A program made the position numbers and the translations under genes. 64,000 nucleotides of DNA from Leucoraja ocellata. Lineage: Eukaryota. Each line of letters starts with the position of its first letter. The stretch's first letter is position 1. The notes beneath the pieces are model-generated. The model searched no databases. It saw only the letters and a program-made list of their open reading frames with translations, and had not been told where the DNA came from. Positions 23,901-38,900 of this stretch are shown piece by piece. Location of the stretch: the NCBI GenBank assembly GCA_036785375.1, contig JAWMAR010000421.1, forward strand, positions 1,550,001-1,614,000, in the 5' to 3' direction.

Positions 23901-26900
23901 CACGAGCAGGTCAGAGACTGGATCCTCTGAGGTGACTCACTCCTGATACCCCCAAAATCTCTACCAACAATATACAATTCAGGAGTGTGGTGGTATACTC
24001 TTAACTTGCTGAGATGAGTGTAGCTCCACAACTCTGAAGAAGCTCTTCAGAGCAAAGCAGCCCATTTGATTGGCATCCCATCCAGCACCATAACTATTCA
24101 TCCCCTCCTCTGCACACTGGCTGCAATTCTATCATCTGCAAAATGCACCTTAGGTACTCTTAAAGCACCTCTCAAACCACGATCTCTACTGTCAAGAAGG
24201 TGAAATGTAGCAGATGCAGGTTCCTCTCCAAATTGCACACCATCCTGATTTGCAAATATCCTTCAATCCATCATCATCTCTGGGTCTAAACCCCACTGCA
24301 CCATGGGGCTACCTTCACAAAGGCAATTAGTTGTTGTGGGCAATAAATGCTGGCAGTGATGCCCATACCCAAATAAAATCTTCAATACGTTGATCCTCCT
24401 GCCAGGAGGAACCTTTTTTTCTCTGAGCAAACCCTTCATGATATTGAACAGAGATAGACAAAAATGCTGGAGAAACTCAGCAGGTGAGGCAGCATGTATG
24501 GAGTGAAGGAATAGGCGACGTTTTGGGTCGAGACCCTTCTTCAGACTTCTTTAGTCCGAAACGTCGCCTATTCCTTCGCTCCATAGATGCTGCCTCACCC
24601 GCTGAGTTACTCCAGTGTTTTTGTCTACCTTCGATTTGTCCAGCATCTGCAGTTCTTTCGTAAACATGATATTGAACACATCTTTCCCAAACCTTCTTTG
24701 CTCTGAAGATAATCCCAGTTTCTCCAGTCTCTACACTGAGCTGAGGTTCGTCACTTCCTCAACCAAACTGGTAAAGCCTCTGCATTTCCCCCTTCCAAGG
24801 TCTTAACACCCATCCACTAAAAATGCAGTGTCAGGGTTAGGTACATTAGTCTAGTTCAGGTCAAAGCACGGTTAATGTGGTTGTGTACTGTTCTCTTATT
24901 TTTGTACTCTGTGCCTCTACAAATAAACCCGTGGATCATTGTTATGTAGACTCCTTAAATCTGTCCTTCAAAGAGTATGTAGACACACTGTATGGTATTT
25001 CTGTTTTCTGCATGCACTGCCATCATTTCACACTTGTCTGTGCTAAATTTCAATGTCTGTTAGTCTGCTCATTTCTCCAGTCTGCCTTAGACCTCCTGAA
25101 GTTTGTTACGTTCTTCATTACCATTCATTATATTTCCTTTCATTGCACTGCAAACATTTAAATATTGCGCTGTGTATCCAAGCCAGATCACAATCAGCAA
25201 CCAGCAAATGCTGTGGTCCAAATTGCAACCACACAGTCATCTTCCCTTGGTCTGAGAAACAACCACTATTCACTGCTTCATGCAGCAAAACTTCACCCGA
25301 TTTATGAAGAATTAGTAGCTTTGCATGATAGAGCTTTTAAAAACACAAAGACTGAACATTTTGTGTAACTGTCAGTTCAAATCTGTGGTAATTACAGAGT
25401 ACGGAAATCTCGCTGCCCTTGTTTCTCCGCCCTCTCTCTCTACCAATCTTTATATAGACCCAGGCGAGCTTCTTCTGCCAAACATGAACATATATGGCAA
25501 GTGTACAGTTTTACAATCAGAGTCACACCATTCGATAGTAGGAGTATCCAGAATATTGTCTCCCAGAATCAACTCCGACGTCACAGTGGGGACTACATTT
25601 CAAAAGCTTTTTGGAATATCCTGAAGCAATGTGACAGGTGCCATAAAAATATATTTTTAACACCTTTTACCAAAGGTCTGGAAATATTCCGGATTCAGGT
25701 CAATGTATGGTTTGTGCAGAATGAAGGAGTCTGGAGCAAAGGCAAGTCAAGATCAAGATCAAGAGAGTTTATTGTCTTGTGTTCCTGATAGGACAATGAA
25801 ATTCTTGCTTGCTTCAGCACACCAGAACATAGTAGGCATGAATACAGAACAGATCAGTGTGTCCTTATACCATTATATGAATATATACACACATGAATAA
25901 ATAAACTGATAAAGTGCAAATAAACAGATAATGGGCTATTAACGTTCAGCGTTTTGTCCGAGACGAGTTTAATAGCAAGTGAGTTTGATTCCAAGTGAAT
26001 GGAAGGAGGAATTCAACTGTATTAGATAGATTGGCAGAACAGGATCAAGGGTCTGAGTGACCTCCTGTTGCCCATGAATACATATTTTGATTAGTTTACA
26101 GTGCCTTTGCTGAGGAATGAAATGTTTGGAAACACCATCTGCTTCCTCATCATAGGTAGCATGGACTGGATTCAGAATACGTCTGTCCTATTCCCTTGAC
26201 AGCTTAGAACACAGGCCCATTCACAGCTTCTCCAGATTCAATTATACTGGCAATAGAAAATCAACTAACTTGATCTGGTGCCACCTAACTTTGCACTGAT
26301 TGATCTTATTTCCTGGAAAATGACCAAATGGAGAAAGGGTAACGTTATAAAACATTAGGCATTAAGTATATAAAATCCCAGCTAAAGGATTCCGCTACAC
26401 CTTATCGTGTCTTTAGATCCTTGTAATTAAAACTAAAGGTTTCTCTCTTCTGGGCTGCATGATGATCCAATTTATATTCAATGACCATATATGCAAACGG
26501 TCCTGAATCCATCACAGAAAGCTGAATTTTTGCTGCACCCACAGCATAGCTGGCCACTGGAAATTACCCCTCGTGTGTAGGTGAGCAGTAGAATTTGGAA
26601 GAGCTGATGAGAACGTGGGCAGAATTAAAATAGGATTGATGTAGAATGTGTGTAACTGGGTTGGTGGACAGCACAGACTGGCTGGGGCAAAGGATTTGTG
26701 TGTAAAATAAAAGCAGAAAATACTGGTAAAATACTCAGCTTGTCTGGTCACATCTATGGGAAGAGAAACAAAGCTAACATTTAAGGTCTGCAATGAAAGG
26801 TGCTGAACGGTCTTTGACCTGAAACATGAACTCGGTTTCTGACCCTCTGTGAATTTCCAGCAACAGAATCACTCTAACCTTGCTTTCAATAAATGGCTGC

Positions 26901-29900
26901 AGTCAATTTGTGCGATCTCTGACCCCAACACTGGGAACTGTGATGTCCCCAGTATCAAGCTCCGCCACCCCCCCCCCCCCCCCCCCCCCCCACCCATCAA
27001 TGCCAGTAAATGTGCGATGTTATGACTAGCATCTGCTCAATATACTGTGGTTCTCCTCATTTCCATGGGCCCAGATTTCCGAAGTGGAATAGAATGCACA
27101 CATAATACTGCAGGGCTGGAGATCCAGCTTTTAGGCAGATGTATTAGGGTTTCCATAAAGCTCCCAATAAATCAGTTATTAATAAGTCCAATGGAAAACA
27201 CAGGAGAAATATATTTGGTCAGAAAGTGGTGCCATGGTTCCACCTTGCAAGTGCAACTCACTCGCAAAGAAAGTGGTTGAGGCAAGTAGCAGAAATGTGT
27301 TACGGCAGAAGTTTAATAGAAAGAATGAGTAGGCCTACTGATGGTGGTGTGAGGTGGGAGCAGTATGCTGTGCAGCATTGGCACTGCACGCTGCACCATA
27401 AATTCCATGGGAAGACATCCAGTGCCATGGAGCCACATGCAAGTGGAATGACTGTGCAGGGTCAGGAGGAGGGGAATCGACAACTGATGGATTACATGCT
27501 CGGTGACAATAGAGCAAGGAGTCTGTCGCCTGCTCAGGATACTCTAAGACTATTCCTGACATTAAGTCCTCCTGAAATATAGTCATTGTTGTTCTGTTGA
27601 CACACAGTAACCGGACTGTACACAGTAAGTTGACACAGATATCATGCCCCAATAAACCAAATGATGAAATAGAAGTAAATATTGTCCAGACTCCAGAGGG
27701 AACTCCCTACTTTAAAAATAAAAGTCCACCTACACAGTGAAAGAGGTCCTCAGATCATCTCAGCTGAAAGACAGCACCTCGCTGGTACTATCTGCATTAG
27801 ATTAGGTTGCCTAGTTCCAGAGCGTGATCTCCCACCCCCCTCCCCCCTCAACTCAGTAGACAGACTGCTAACCAAAGAGCCCGACTGATGCAAAAATCTT
27901 CCAGTCGCATTAGTATTGAATTGTGAACAATCTGTTGCTCTGACCTAACAAACCATGAACAAATATGGGATTAGATATGCCAAAATGATTACATGTAGAT
28001 TTAGTGATAGCCTGCGCATGGGAAACGACTTACAATGGACTTCAGTCCAGCAGGTTTGGTTGAAAAGTATCAAAGGAGTACATCAGTGGAAATGTACCAG
28101 TATCATCTGATTTCTAAAGATGGTCTCTCCTGATATTATTCACTTACAAGGAGCCAGAAGAATACACTCCAGTACATAAAAGTACATTTAGGAAATCTTT
28201 AATTGGTTACCAGGGAAACCATATTCAGTACTATAATTAACTAGAACATCTTGTAACTGAAATAAATAAATTGTTTTTAATCAACTCACTCATTAATATT
28301 TTCTCCATGACAGTAAATAGCACCCATAGTTCAGTATTTGTTAGAACTATTTGAAATGTAGACACATTCCTCTCTTTTCATGAAACAGTGGCTACTATTA
28401 TCGAGTGTTGAATATAGGCTGATGTCAAACTTCAGCTCAGCACAATTGGTGAGGAATGTGTCTAAATTACAGCTGGTCCACGTCAGGATCCGCTCACTGA
28501 CTGCAGAGGAAAGTAACGGAGAAAGTGCAGGTCGCAAGACAATTAATGTTCCCTCACATTTCTCCCTCCCTCTCTCTCACACACACAGAGACACAATTCA
28601 ATCTTAATAGGTAAAAACCACACCTGTGCTGCCAACAAGCAATCCTACAGGAAGCCAAGTGCTTAAATATAATTATACCGATAAAACAGTAAGCTTGATG
28701 GATAAAATGCACCAGCTTTAGATCCTAATCTGTGAGGCAAGATCATTTACGAGAAAGCTGTTGCATTGGGAATAATCCATTTTCTATTAATGTCCATCTG
28801 ATTCCTGCTCTTGATATAAAATGGAAGGACCAGAGGGACATCGATTTGTGTGCACGCTAATGGCAGTGTGAGGAAGGAGGTTCGCTGTGATGAATATTGC
28901 TCATTATTGCTGAAGTGATATAGTTTAAGAATTACATTTCCAACTGCAGATGTAATTGAAGGAAGTTACGTTTAGCATCTTTCCCATCTCAGAAAAGGCC
29001 ACAGCACTTTCTGTCTGTGACCTGGTGCAGTCACTGTGGTAATGTAGGAAAAACAGCATTTTATTTGTGTATATCAAGCCCTCATAAACATCACTGTGTT
29101 TATGACCAGGTTATGTGATGCGAGTGATGTTAGTTGAGGGGTAAGTACAGGGTTAGGACAGGGAAGAGACCTGAAACTACATCTTTCTGACTCCAAATGA
29201 ACTGGCAATACATTTTGAACAATGCCTGGCTCCAAATGGCCTTTGTTGCTTCAAGCAGATTGACTTACACTGCAGCATCACAATTGCTGGTTTACAATTT
29301 TTAGTAAGAGAACTAACTATTAACCAGGTCCTGTGGTTAGTCGGTGGCTTACTGTTGTACTTGTACATAATATCCCTCACTCCTTCCCTGCTCAAGAAAC
29401 TCAATGGGCGTGCAATAGCAATAGTAAAAATTGCTGTTCATATATATCAAATATGGGGTTCCAATTAGTTCACCTTCTCTCATCCATGTGATACAATTAT
29501 GATAGAGTTGTTAATTAATCTCTGTCAACAAGTCTATAACAGTCCCTATGGTAAAGAGACGAGAAAAATGATGTCTGCCGAATTTGCAAAGAGTGTTAAA
29601 GATCTAAAGCTCACTCAGTACGGGTTCTGAGTCTCACGTCGCGGGAGATGGTGAACCCTCGGTTTGCGTGGGCATTACAGGTACCATGCTGTGTCTGTAC
29701 AGAGACAGTGCCCTCTTTGAATCTTACACTCAATTGGGGTTGTAAGATCTGATAACTCCCGGGGTACATGACAGCGCTGCTTGTTGTTGGGTGATGTCAT
29801 CAACCACACGCTGGATAATTTTAAACTCTGTCTCCAGACTCAGTAAACAAGTCAATAAAGTGCATTGTGCCAATTGCTGAAGTGATGCGGTGCTTAGCGC

Positions 29901-32900
29901 AAAATGTTACAGAAATTGCTTGCATAAATTTCTCAACTGGTTTAAATATGTTTGCTATGAGCATAATGATACCATAGGTTCCATGGCAAATCTCATCCTA
30001 AATCCACAGACTCTACATAAATTATAGAAAACATACCAGGACAAACATTGACTGCTGCTGAAAGATCATCCAAGGAGAGATAGTTGAATGGAAAGAAAAT
30101 TAGCTTCATGGAAGGAAGCAGAGAGTGATGGTGGAAGCTTGCATCTCAGACCGGAAGCCTGTGACTAGTGGTGTGCCTCAGGGTTTGGTGGTGGGCCCAT
30201 TACTGTTTGTCATCTATATCAATGGTCTGGATCATTGATGAGGACATACACGGCAAGATTGGCAAGTCTGCAGATGATACAAAAGTGGGTGGTTTTGCAG
30301 ATAGTGAAGATTAGTTGTGAAAAATTGCTGCAAGATCTTGATCGATTAGCCAGGTGGGCTGAGGAATGGTTGATAAAATTTAATGCAGAGAAATGTGAGG
30401 TGTGTGAGGTGTTGCAATTTGGGAAGTCTAACATGGGCAGAACCTACAGAGTGAATGATAGGGCTCTGGGTAGTGTTGTAGAGCAGAGGGATATAGGAAT
30501 GCAGGTGCATGAGGTGGAGCCGCAGGTAGATTGGGTGGTCACAAAGGCTTTTGGCACATTAGCCTTCATCAGCTAGAGTATTGAGTATAGAAGTTGGGAA
30601 GCAGCATTTAGAGTATTGTGTTCAGTCTGGGCACTGTGTTATAGGAAAGATGTTGTCAAGCTACAAAGGGTGCAGAGAAGATTTATGAGGGTGTTGCCAG
30701 GACGAGGGTCTGAGCTATAGACAGAGGTTGAGTAGGCCTGGGACTCTATTCCTTGGAGCGCAGAAGGGGGAGAGGTGATCTTATACAGGTGTATAAGATC
30801 GAGAGGAATAGATCGGGTAGAAGCACAGTCTCGTGACCAGAGTAGGTGACTCGAGAAACAGAAGACATGGGTTTAAGGTGAAGGGAAAAATATTTAATAG
30901 GAATCTGAGGGGTAACTTTTTCACACAAAGGGTGGCGGATGTATGGAATAAACTGCCAGAGGAGGTGGTTGAGGCAGGGACGATCCCATCATTTAAGAAA
31001 CAGATAGACAGGTACATGGATAGGATGGGTTTTGAGGGATATGGATCAAGTGTGAGCAGGTGGGACTAGTGTAGCTGGGACATGTTGGCCAGTGCGGGCA
31101 AGTTGGGCTGAAGGGTTTATTTCCACACTGTATCATTCTATGACTCTGTGAATCTATGACTGAAAGCAGGGATGTCTCCCAAGATCAGTTATCTGCTATT
31201 AACCTCTTCTGCAATTGTTTGAGATCTCCACACTCCTCTTATTATAGACTCCCATTCATTCCTGAATTTAATCATTCTGCCAATGCTGGTCTTGCTTATC
31301 TTGCGACTTTGTTATCCTAAGCTCTGAAATTCTCTTCCTTGATTCTTTCACCTCTGGACTTCTGTAAGGTGAAAGCCTGTCTCATCACATCATCACATTT
31401 CTGAATTTGTCCATATGTGGGTCGGTGTCAGATAATGCTCATCAGAAGCGTTTGGGCATTTTTCTTGTGTTGTACAAATGTCTGGTGTTGTTGTTACTGA
31501 CTAGTAGCCCAACAACCAGAGAGTGATATTGCCATTAGTGATGCACCAAAACTTCAGCTGATGACTATGCCGGCCAATATGTACCACTGTCCATCCACTA
31601 ACTCCTGTGGAAGAAGCAAGTTCTCCAATTGACATCCCTGATATTACCAAAGGACAATTTAACATGTGGTACAAGAGATAGCAACAGAGTGGAGGTATAG
31701 ACTGACCTCTGCTCCCATTCTCTATCTACCTTAGTAAAGTAACATCAAATATTTGCGTTAGCAATGCGTTAAAACCAATGATACCTTTTTTTCCTCTTTT
31801 AATCCTGGTTGTAGTATAATATTCCACAAGAATGCAAATAGATAATAGCTGGAGTAGGCCATCAGGCCTTTCAAGCCTGCCCCTCTACCTGATATGATCA
31901 TGGCTGATCTGCCCTGGTTTCAAAACCTTTTTAGTGCCAGTGCCCCATAGCCTTCAATTCCTTGATCCCTAAAAAAACTATCTACCTTCAAAACTCTAAG
32001 CTCCGCGACTCTCTACTTGCGAATTCCAGACATTCGCCACTCTCTGAGACAAAAATCCCTGCACATCTCAGACATATATCATACAGCTTTAATCAATTCA
32101 TCAAGACTTTCCCTCTGGCATCTACCCCTTAGGATCTTAAATGTTCCAATGAAATTACCTCTCATTCTTCTAATTTCCAAGGAATAATTTTATGATTAGA
32201 AAACTCTCTGATGTGAATCTCTTCTAGACCACCTCCAATGCTGGAATATTATTTATTTGCATAAGGGGATCAAAACTCTCGTCAGGATTATCAGTGCAGC
32301 CTCGCCAATATCTTGTACAATTGTAAGAATATTTTTCTATTTTTAATTTCTAAATCTTTAGCAAAAAAAGGCTAATGTCTGATTTTAGATTAACTCTTCT
32401 TTCCATCCTCTGACATGCACCCAGTAAAATTCCCACTATTATCCCCATCAATTAGGCCATTGTCTACAAAAAGGATTATCTAATAGCTAACACAGTTCAA
32501 TCCCCAGTGCAAACATTGTGCATCACGCTTTCTCATACATATCTTAATCTAGCTTTTTCCAATTAAGGCTATTTACCGAATGGTGTTTGTTCAGTTAATC
32601 AGTACAGCACTAATCTTCCTTTGCAGTGAATGGTTAATTTCATACAATGCCAACTCTCTCTCTCTCTCCCTCTCTCTCTATTTTGCTTTATATGATACTA
32701 CGTTTGTGTGGGAGGGTCCTGCAGTACTGTGTATGCTTGGTATCTGATTATTACAGTGTGATGTTTCATGTCTAAAATTCTGTAGGTGTTATCCTTCTGT
32801 GACAGGGATGAGTCTTATTGAAGATTGAGGGCTGGGACGTGGAACCCTTACTCCATTAGACGGGAAGAGAACCAGTTAAGAGGAGACTGGCGTTTCGTGA

Positions 32901-35900
32901 ATATTTAGGCACCAGTAACCATTGAAACAGCTGTTTAACAATTCCTGCATGAATACTCCATTTCCCTGAGCAATGCCCTTTAAAGTTTTAATACCAATTG
33001 GTAAAGAATTATGAGCAAAACACAGTGCTGGAGGAACTCAGTGGGTCAGGCAACATCTCATATCTGGATTGGACAAGTTACATCTATTTCAAATACTTAC
33101 CTCTCAGTGGAGGCAACCTCCACATCCCCTTTTGAGAGGCTCCAAAACATTAAAGAGCAACAAAACAGGTTTTTAATTATGTATTTACAGTTGCAGTGTA
33201 GGAAACCAAATAGATAATTCGATCACTGCAAGCGCTTCTGCATAATAGTCAAATAATCTGCTCATTCTTCCTAAACTGAGTGAGGGATCATTTTTGGCCA
33301 GGGCAATAAATCTAATTTACCAGCTCTTCCAAGTAGTACTATGGAATTGTTTTACAACTGCGAAGAGATAGAGCCCTGCTTTAAAGCTCCATCCAGAGAA
33401 CTGCGCATTCTAGAGTTGTTTAAGAAGGAACTGCAGATGCTGGAAAATCAAAGGTGGACAAAAATGCTGGAGAAACTCAGCGGGTGAGGCAGCATCTATG
33501 GAGCGAAGATCCAAGCTCTGCGCGTTCTAGAGTGATGCATCCCCTCATTGATCAACCGTGCGGTGGTCCTTCAATACTTTCTCTCCACATTTCGGCACTC
33601 CCTCTGCTCAGCTCCTCCAGCAAAGCAGTACCCCTCAGCCCAGGCCCTCCAACAGTGCCGTGTACCCTCAGTCAGGTCTCACCGACAGTGTGGGACATAC
33701 TCAGAATTGCCCCTCAGTGCAGGACACCCTTAAAGCTTCCTGGCTTTCGATGATCATTTATAGTGAAACTTAACCTCTTTGAGTGCTTCTTATGATTTGC
33801 TGTGGACTTGGTTTTCTCTTCTTTGATTGTTACTGTGATGATTATATTTAGATGTTGCTCATTTTTAATCTCTATAATATCCAAAAAAATGCAGGGGAAA
33901 TAACAAAACTGAGGACTTGTGTTTTTATGGCGCTGAGCATTGTATGGTCATTTATTAATTATAAAATATCTGGTGAAGAAGTTGGGGAGGAGGGGATATA
34001 TGGAGGAGTCAGGATTCCTTGGTCACAGGATGAAGGGCCTCCTGGCTTTTCAATTGGCAATGGGAGGATGGGATTTGGTGATAATGACAAAAGCATTGGG
34101 GTGATTGGCCGTGGGCAGTAATGTGATGAAACATCCTTGAGTACATTTTGAGTATAGAAGCTGGGATGTAATGTTAAAATTGTACAAGGCATTGGTGAGA
34201 CCAAATCTGGAGTATGGTGTACAATTTTGGTCGCCAAATTATAGGAAGGATGTCAACAAAATAGAGAGAGTACAGAGGAGATTTACTAGAATGTTGCCTG
34301 GGTTTCAACAACTAAGTTACAGAGATAGGTTGAATAAGTTAGGTCTTTATTCTCTGGAGCGCAGAAGGTTAAGGGGGGACCTGATAGAGGTCTTTAAAAT
34401 GATGAGAGGGATAGACAGAGTTGATGTGGACAAGCTTTTCCCTTTGAGAATAGGGAAGATTCAAACAAGAGGACATGACTTCAGAATTAAGGGACAGAAG
34501 TTTAGGGGTAATATGAGGGGGAACTTCTTTACGCAGAGAGTGGTGGCGGTGTGGAATGAGCTCCCAGTGGAAGTGGTGGAGGCAGGTTCATTGGTATCAT
34601 TTAAAAATAAATTGGATAGGCATATGGATGAGAAGGGAATGGAGGGTTATGGTACGAGTGCAGGCAGGTGGGACTAAGGGGAAAAAAATTTGTTCGGCAT
34701 GGACTTGTAGGGCCGAGATGGCCTGTTTCCGTGCTGTAATTGTTATATGGTTATTATATGGTTATACATTCTATCTGAGTGTTTGCTCTGAGATGATTGA
34801 GATGGTTTATCCTTTGCTTCCCGCAGTATTACTTCACCATAAACTTTGGCCATGATGCTCAGAAAGCCCTGGAGCTGAGGACGGAGGACATGAAGGATGG
34901 TGATGACTGGGTGACAGCAATCAGCCATGCAAGGTAGGTGATGGATCAGCGCTCCAGCTCACTGGGTCAGCCGCCCGCCTCCCTGACCTCACCCCCACCA
35001 CCCTGCCGCTCCTGTCAACATTTGCACCAAACTCTCACACGTTCTCATTCACCCATCATCTGTTTACTCGCTGACCTTAATCGGCTCCTCCTTCCGCAAA
35101 ACCCTCGTTTTCAAATCCCCCCCCCTCCCTCTCTCTATAATCACCTCAAGCAACTATGATAGTGGTGTTAAAGAGGCTTTTAGATAGCAACATGACACAG
35201 TGGCTTAGCTAGTAAAGCTGCTGCCTCACAGTGCCAGAGACCCGGCTTTGATTATGGCCTCGGGTGCTGACTGTGTGGAGTTTGCAAAATCTCCCTGTGA
35301 CCGCGTGTGTTTCCTCAGGTCTGTAGGTTAATTGACCTCCATATCGGCCTCTGTAAAATTGCCCCTTGTGTGTCGGGAGTGGATGAGAAAGTGGGATAAC
35401 ATAGAAATAGTGTGAACGGGTGACTGATGGTCGCTGTGGAGGCCGAAGGGCCTGTTTCTTTACAGTACCTCTATGCAGGCAATAGAGGGGAATGGAACAG
35501 GTGCAGGCAGAAGAGATTAGATTTGGCTTCATGTTTGACACAGACATCGTTGGCCAAAGAGCCTGTTCCTGTGTTGATTGGTATCTCTGCACCTCTCCAC
35601 TTCCAGACTCATAATCATCTCCAGTTTCCAATGCTCCACTCATGTTGTATTTAGCTGCTCAGACCTGCTCGTTTGGAATTCCCTCCTTTAGTGTCTCTTA
35701 CTCTCCACCATAAATTTTCCTCCTCAAACCTCCCACTTTGACTGAGCTTTGGCCACTCACCCTAATGTTTTCGTACATGGCACGGTGTCTGATTTTGTTT
35801 GGCGATGTTTAAGCAAATTATACTGGACAATATTATAGGTACTCTGTATCCATTAATATAAGCTGCTGCCGTGAAGCCCACCAACATCTTTCCTTCCATC

Positions 35901-38900
35901 TTGTTTCACCATTGAAACCCAGAGTTGCGGCGAGAGACAAAGACTTGGATTTCTATAGCATCTTTCACATCCTTTGGACATCAAAAAGCATTCTGCAGCC
36001 AGTGAAAACTTTTCAAATGTACTTCATTACAGTAACATATCTGCTTGTGCACAGTCTGATCCCAAACATGATGAGAAGCCAATAGCCAGATCATCTCTTT
36101 TTGTGATGTTGGTCAGAAAGCAGATATTGGAAAGTAGATGAGAACATAGTCGCCCCTCAGTACTGACCAGTTGACCATACAGTACAGCCTCGGTACTGAT
36201 CCTGAGACAGCACTTCATTCTCTCAGGACTGGCCCTGTGACAGTGCATCACACCCTGAGTACTGTTCCTGCAGCTTTATGCCAGGTAGCTCACGGGGTCC
36301 TTCAATCCACCACCACGTGGCTCAGATGTGAGAATGTTATATAGTCTCCAGGTCTTCGAAAATACCACCTGAACAGACAAAACAGAGCTCCTAGACTGAG
36401 GTGACACTATTTGACAGTGCAGTACTCCCTCAGTACTGCTCCTTTGCCAGAATAGCACTCCTTCAGTACTGCTCCTTTGACAGTGCAGTGCATTCTCATA
36501 TTGCCCCTCCAACAGTGCAGTGGTCCCTCAGTCTGCCCCTCCCACAGTGATGAACTTCCCCAATATTGCCCCTTCCTTTTGCCTGACTTCCTCAGTACTG
36601 CCCTTCCTACAGAGCAGCATTCTTTCAGTACTATCCCTCTAACAGTGCATCACTCCCTAAATACTGCCACTCTGACAGTGCGGCACTCCCTCTACTGCCC
36701 CTCCTACAGTGATGCACTCCCCCAGTATGGCCCTCCCACACAGCAGTACTCTGACAGTACAGCACTGCCTCAGTACTTGCCCGCAGACTGTCACCTTCTC
36801 TGAAATTCTCTGGAGTTTACTTGCCCAAGCCCATCCAATTTGTTTTGCATGCTTTTGCTAAAGTCTAGTAATCGGCATCAAATGTGCTATTCCTAATACA
36901 CCTCCTTGTTGCCATCTCAAAATATTTCAATGTATCACTTTCCTTAAGTCACACAATCTGCGGAGTCTGCTGGCTCAAGTAGTATCTAGCAAAGATTATA
37001 TAGGATATTTGGTATCTAGTTTACAGACTTGATCTCTGCATGTACCATTCATGGAGAGGTGAAAGACATCCAGAAAAATCCCACAGAGTCTCCAGACAGA
37101 CAAAGATAGCAACTGAATTGCTTCACAGAATCATTGATTTTAAGCTGTTGGTTGTACAAATAGATCCTCTGAGTGTCAGTTCTTATGATAATACTTGAGC
37201 TGGATGTTAATTGACACAAAATACACCATTGGGAGCGATTTCAGGTTAGTAATTTGAGTGAAAGGCTGCAGATTGTGTCAGAAGGTGGCTTGGCATCAAT
37301 CACACTCAAGAGGCTGTCAATGGATTTCCTGTTGTCCTAACAAGACATCTGCTGTTAAGGCAGAGATGTTTAATCTGCCTCAGAAACATGTTTAAAGACA
37401 AAAGGAACTGCAGATGCTGGTTTACAAAAAACACAAAGTGCAGGAGCCTTCAGGGTTCCCACCCCGAACGTCACCTCTCCATGTCCTCCAGAGCTGCTGC
37501 CTGACCTGCTGAATCACTTCGTAACCTTGTGCTGCAGAAAAATATTTTATGGCTCCAGTATAGGAGCAACATTGGATATGGTGGGGGTGTGGTACATTAG
37601 GAGGATCATGCAGTCATAGAGTTACGCAGCATGGAAACAGGTTGGGTCAACTCATCCACGCCGACCAAGATGCCCCATCTAAGCGAGTCCCTTTTGCCCA
37701 TATTCGACGCATATCCCTCTAAACTTTTCCGATCCATGTACCTGTCCAAATGTCTTTTAAATGTGATTGTAACTGCATCAACAACTTCCTCTGGCAGATC
37801 GCCCCTTATGCTCGCCATGCTTTATGTGGTAGGCAAATGGGACCAAGGTTGTTATTAAATCTTTCTCCTCTCAACTTAACCTATGTCCCCGGCTCTTGAT
37901 TCCCCCACCCTAGGGAAATAGATATTGAACGTTAACTCTGTCCATTCCCTTCATGAACTTGTACTCCCCAATAAGATCACCCCTCAGCCTTCTGCGCTCC
38001 AAGGAATTAAGTCCTAGCCTGCCCTACCGCTCCCTATATCCAGGCCCTCAAGTCCTGGCAACATCTGCGTGAATGTTCTCTGCATACTACAAATCAGTGA
38101 GTTTTGTTTTCCATTTCCATTGTCCAGCAGTACTGAGCCTCCTCACATATTGTCTGGATTTGTTGCAGCCACATCAATACGGATTGATCACTGTGTAATT
38201 ACCCAACTACTTACTCCATTATTGTTGCATCTGATCACCATCAGCGTTACTTAGCAAACTGTACAGTTCAGAGGGAGATTATATAGTCCATCATGTCTGT
38301 ACAAACTCTCAAAAGAACTACCAAATAATCCCTGCAGAACATCTTGTGTCCAGCAAGTTTTTGCTTTATATAGCTATTTCCTTTTAGGTTATTTTGAAAC
38401 TATTTCCTTTCAGGAAAAGCAGTCTAGACAGAGGCAGACATTGATCCCTTTGATAAGAGAACATTTATGTAGCATTATATAACAACCAGGATAGAAAAGT
38501 AAAATGATTCAAGAAAGGAGGCCGTTCAGCCCATTGCTCTCATGCTAGTTCATTGGAAGAGTGTCCATCTCGGCTGATAAACGAGAATAAGAGGAACTTT
38601 GAGCTTTTATCATCTAGCGGTTCCCAGGCTGTTTGAGGCCAACAATTACCTTTGTGGCAAGGTACGGAACAACTAGGCACAAATGTGTGGAGCAACACAT
38701 CACCTCATTACAACGCTGCCATCCTCGCCCTCGCATAGAATTTACACCTGATGGCTGCATTTTGAGATCCTCTCAGGCTAGCAATAAAATTCACACAAAT
38801 ATTAATTGTGCTCATTATAAACCTCATACAGGCAGTATCGGCACTTTAACGGTCCATATGCTGCAGTCATCTTTGCCACCTGTCAGATTGCCCTTGCTGA

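Noticed and set aside
36400-36790. CRISPR-like periodicity (about 33 bp)
   Set aside because: Contiguous degenerate tandem units with no unique spacers, in a vertebrate intron.
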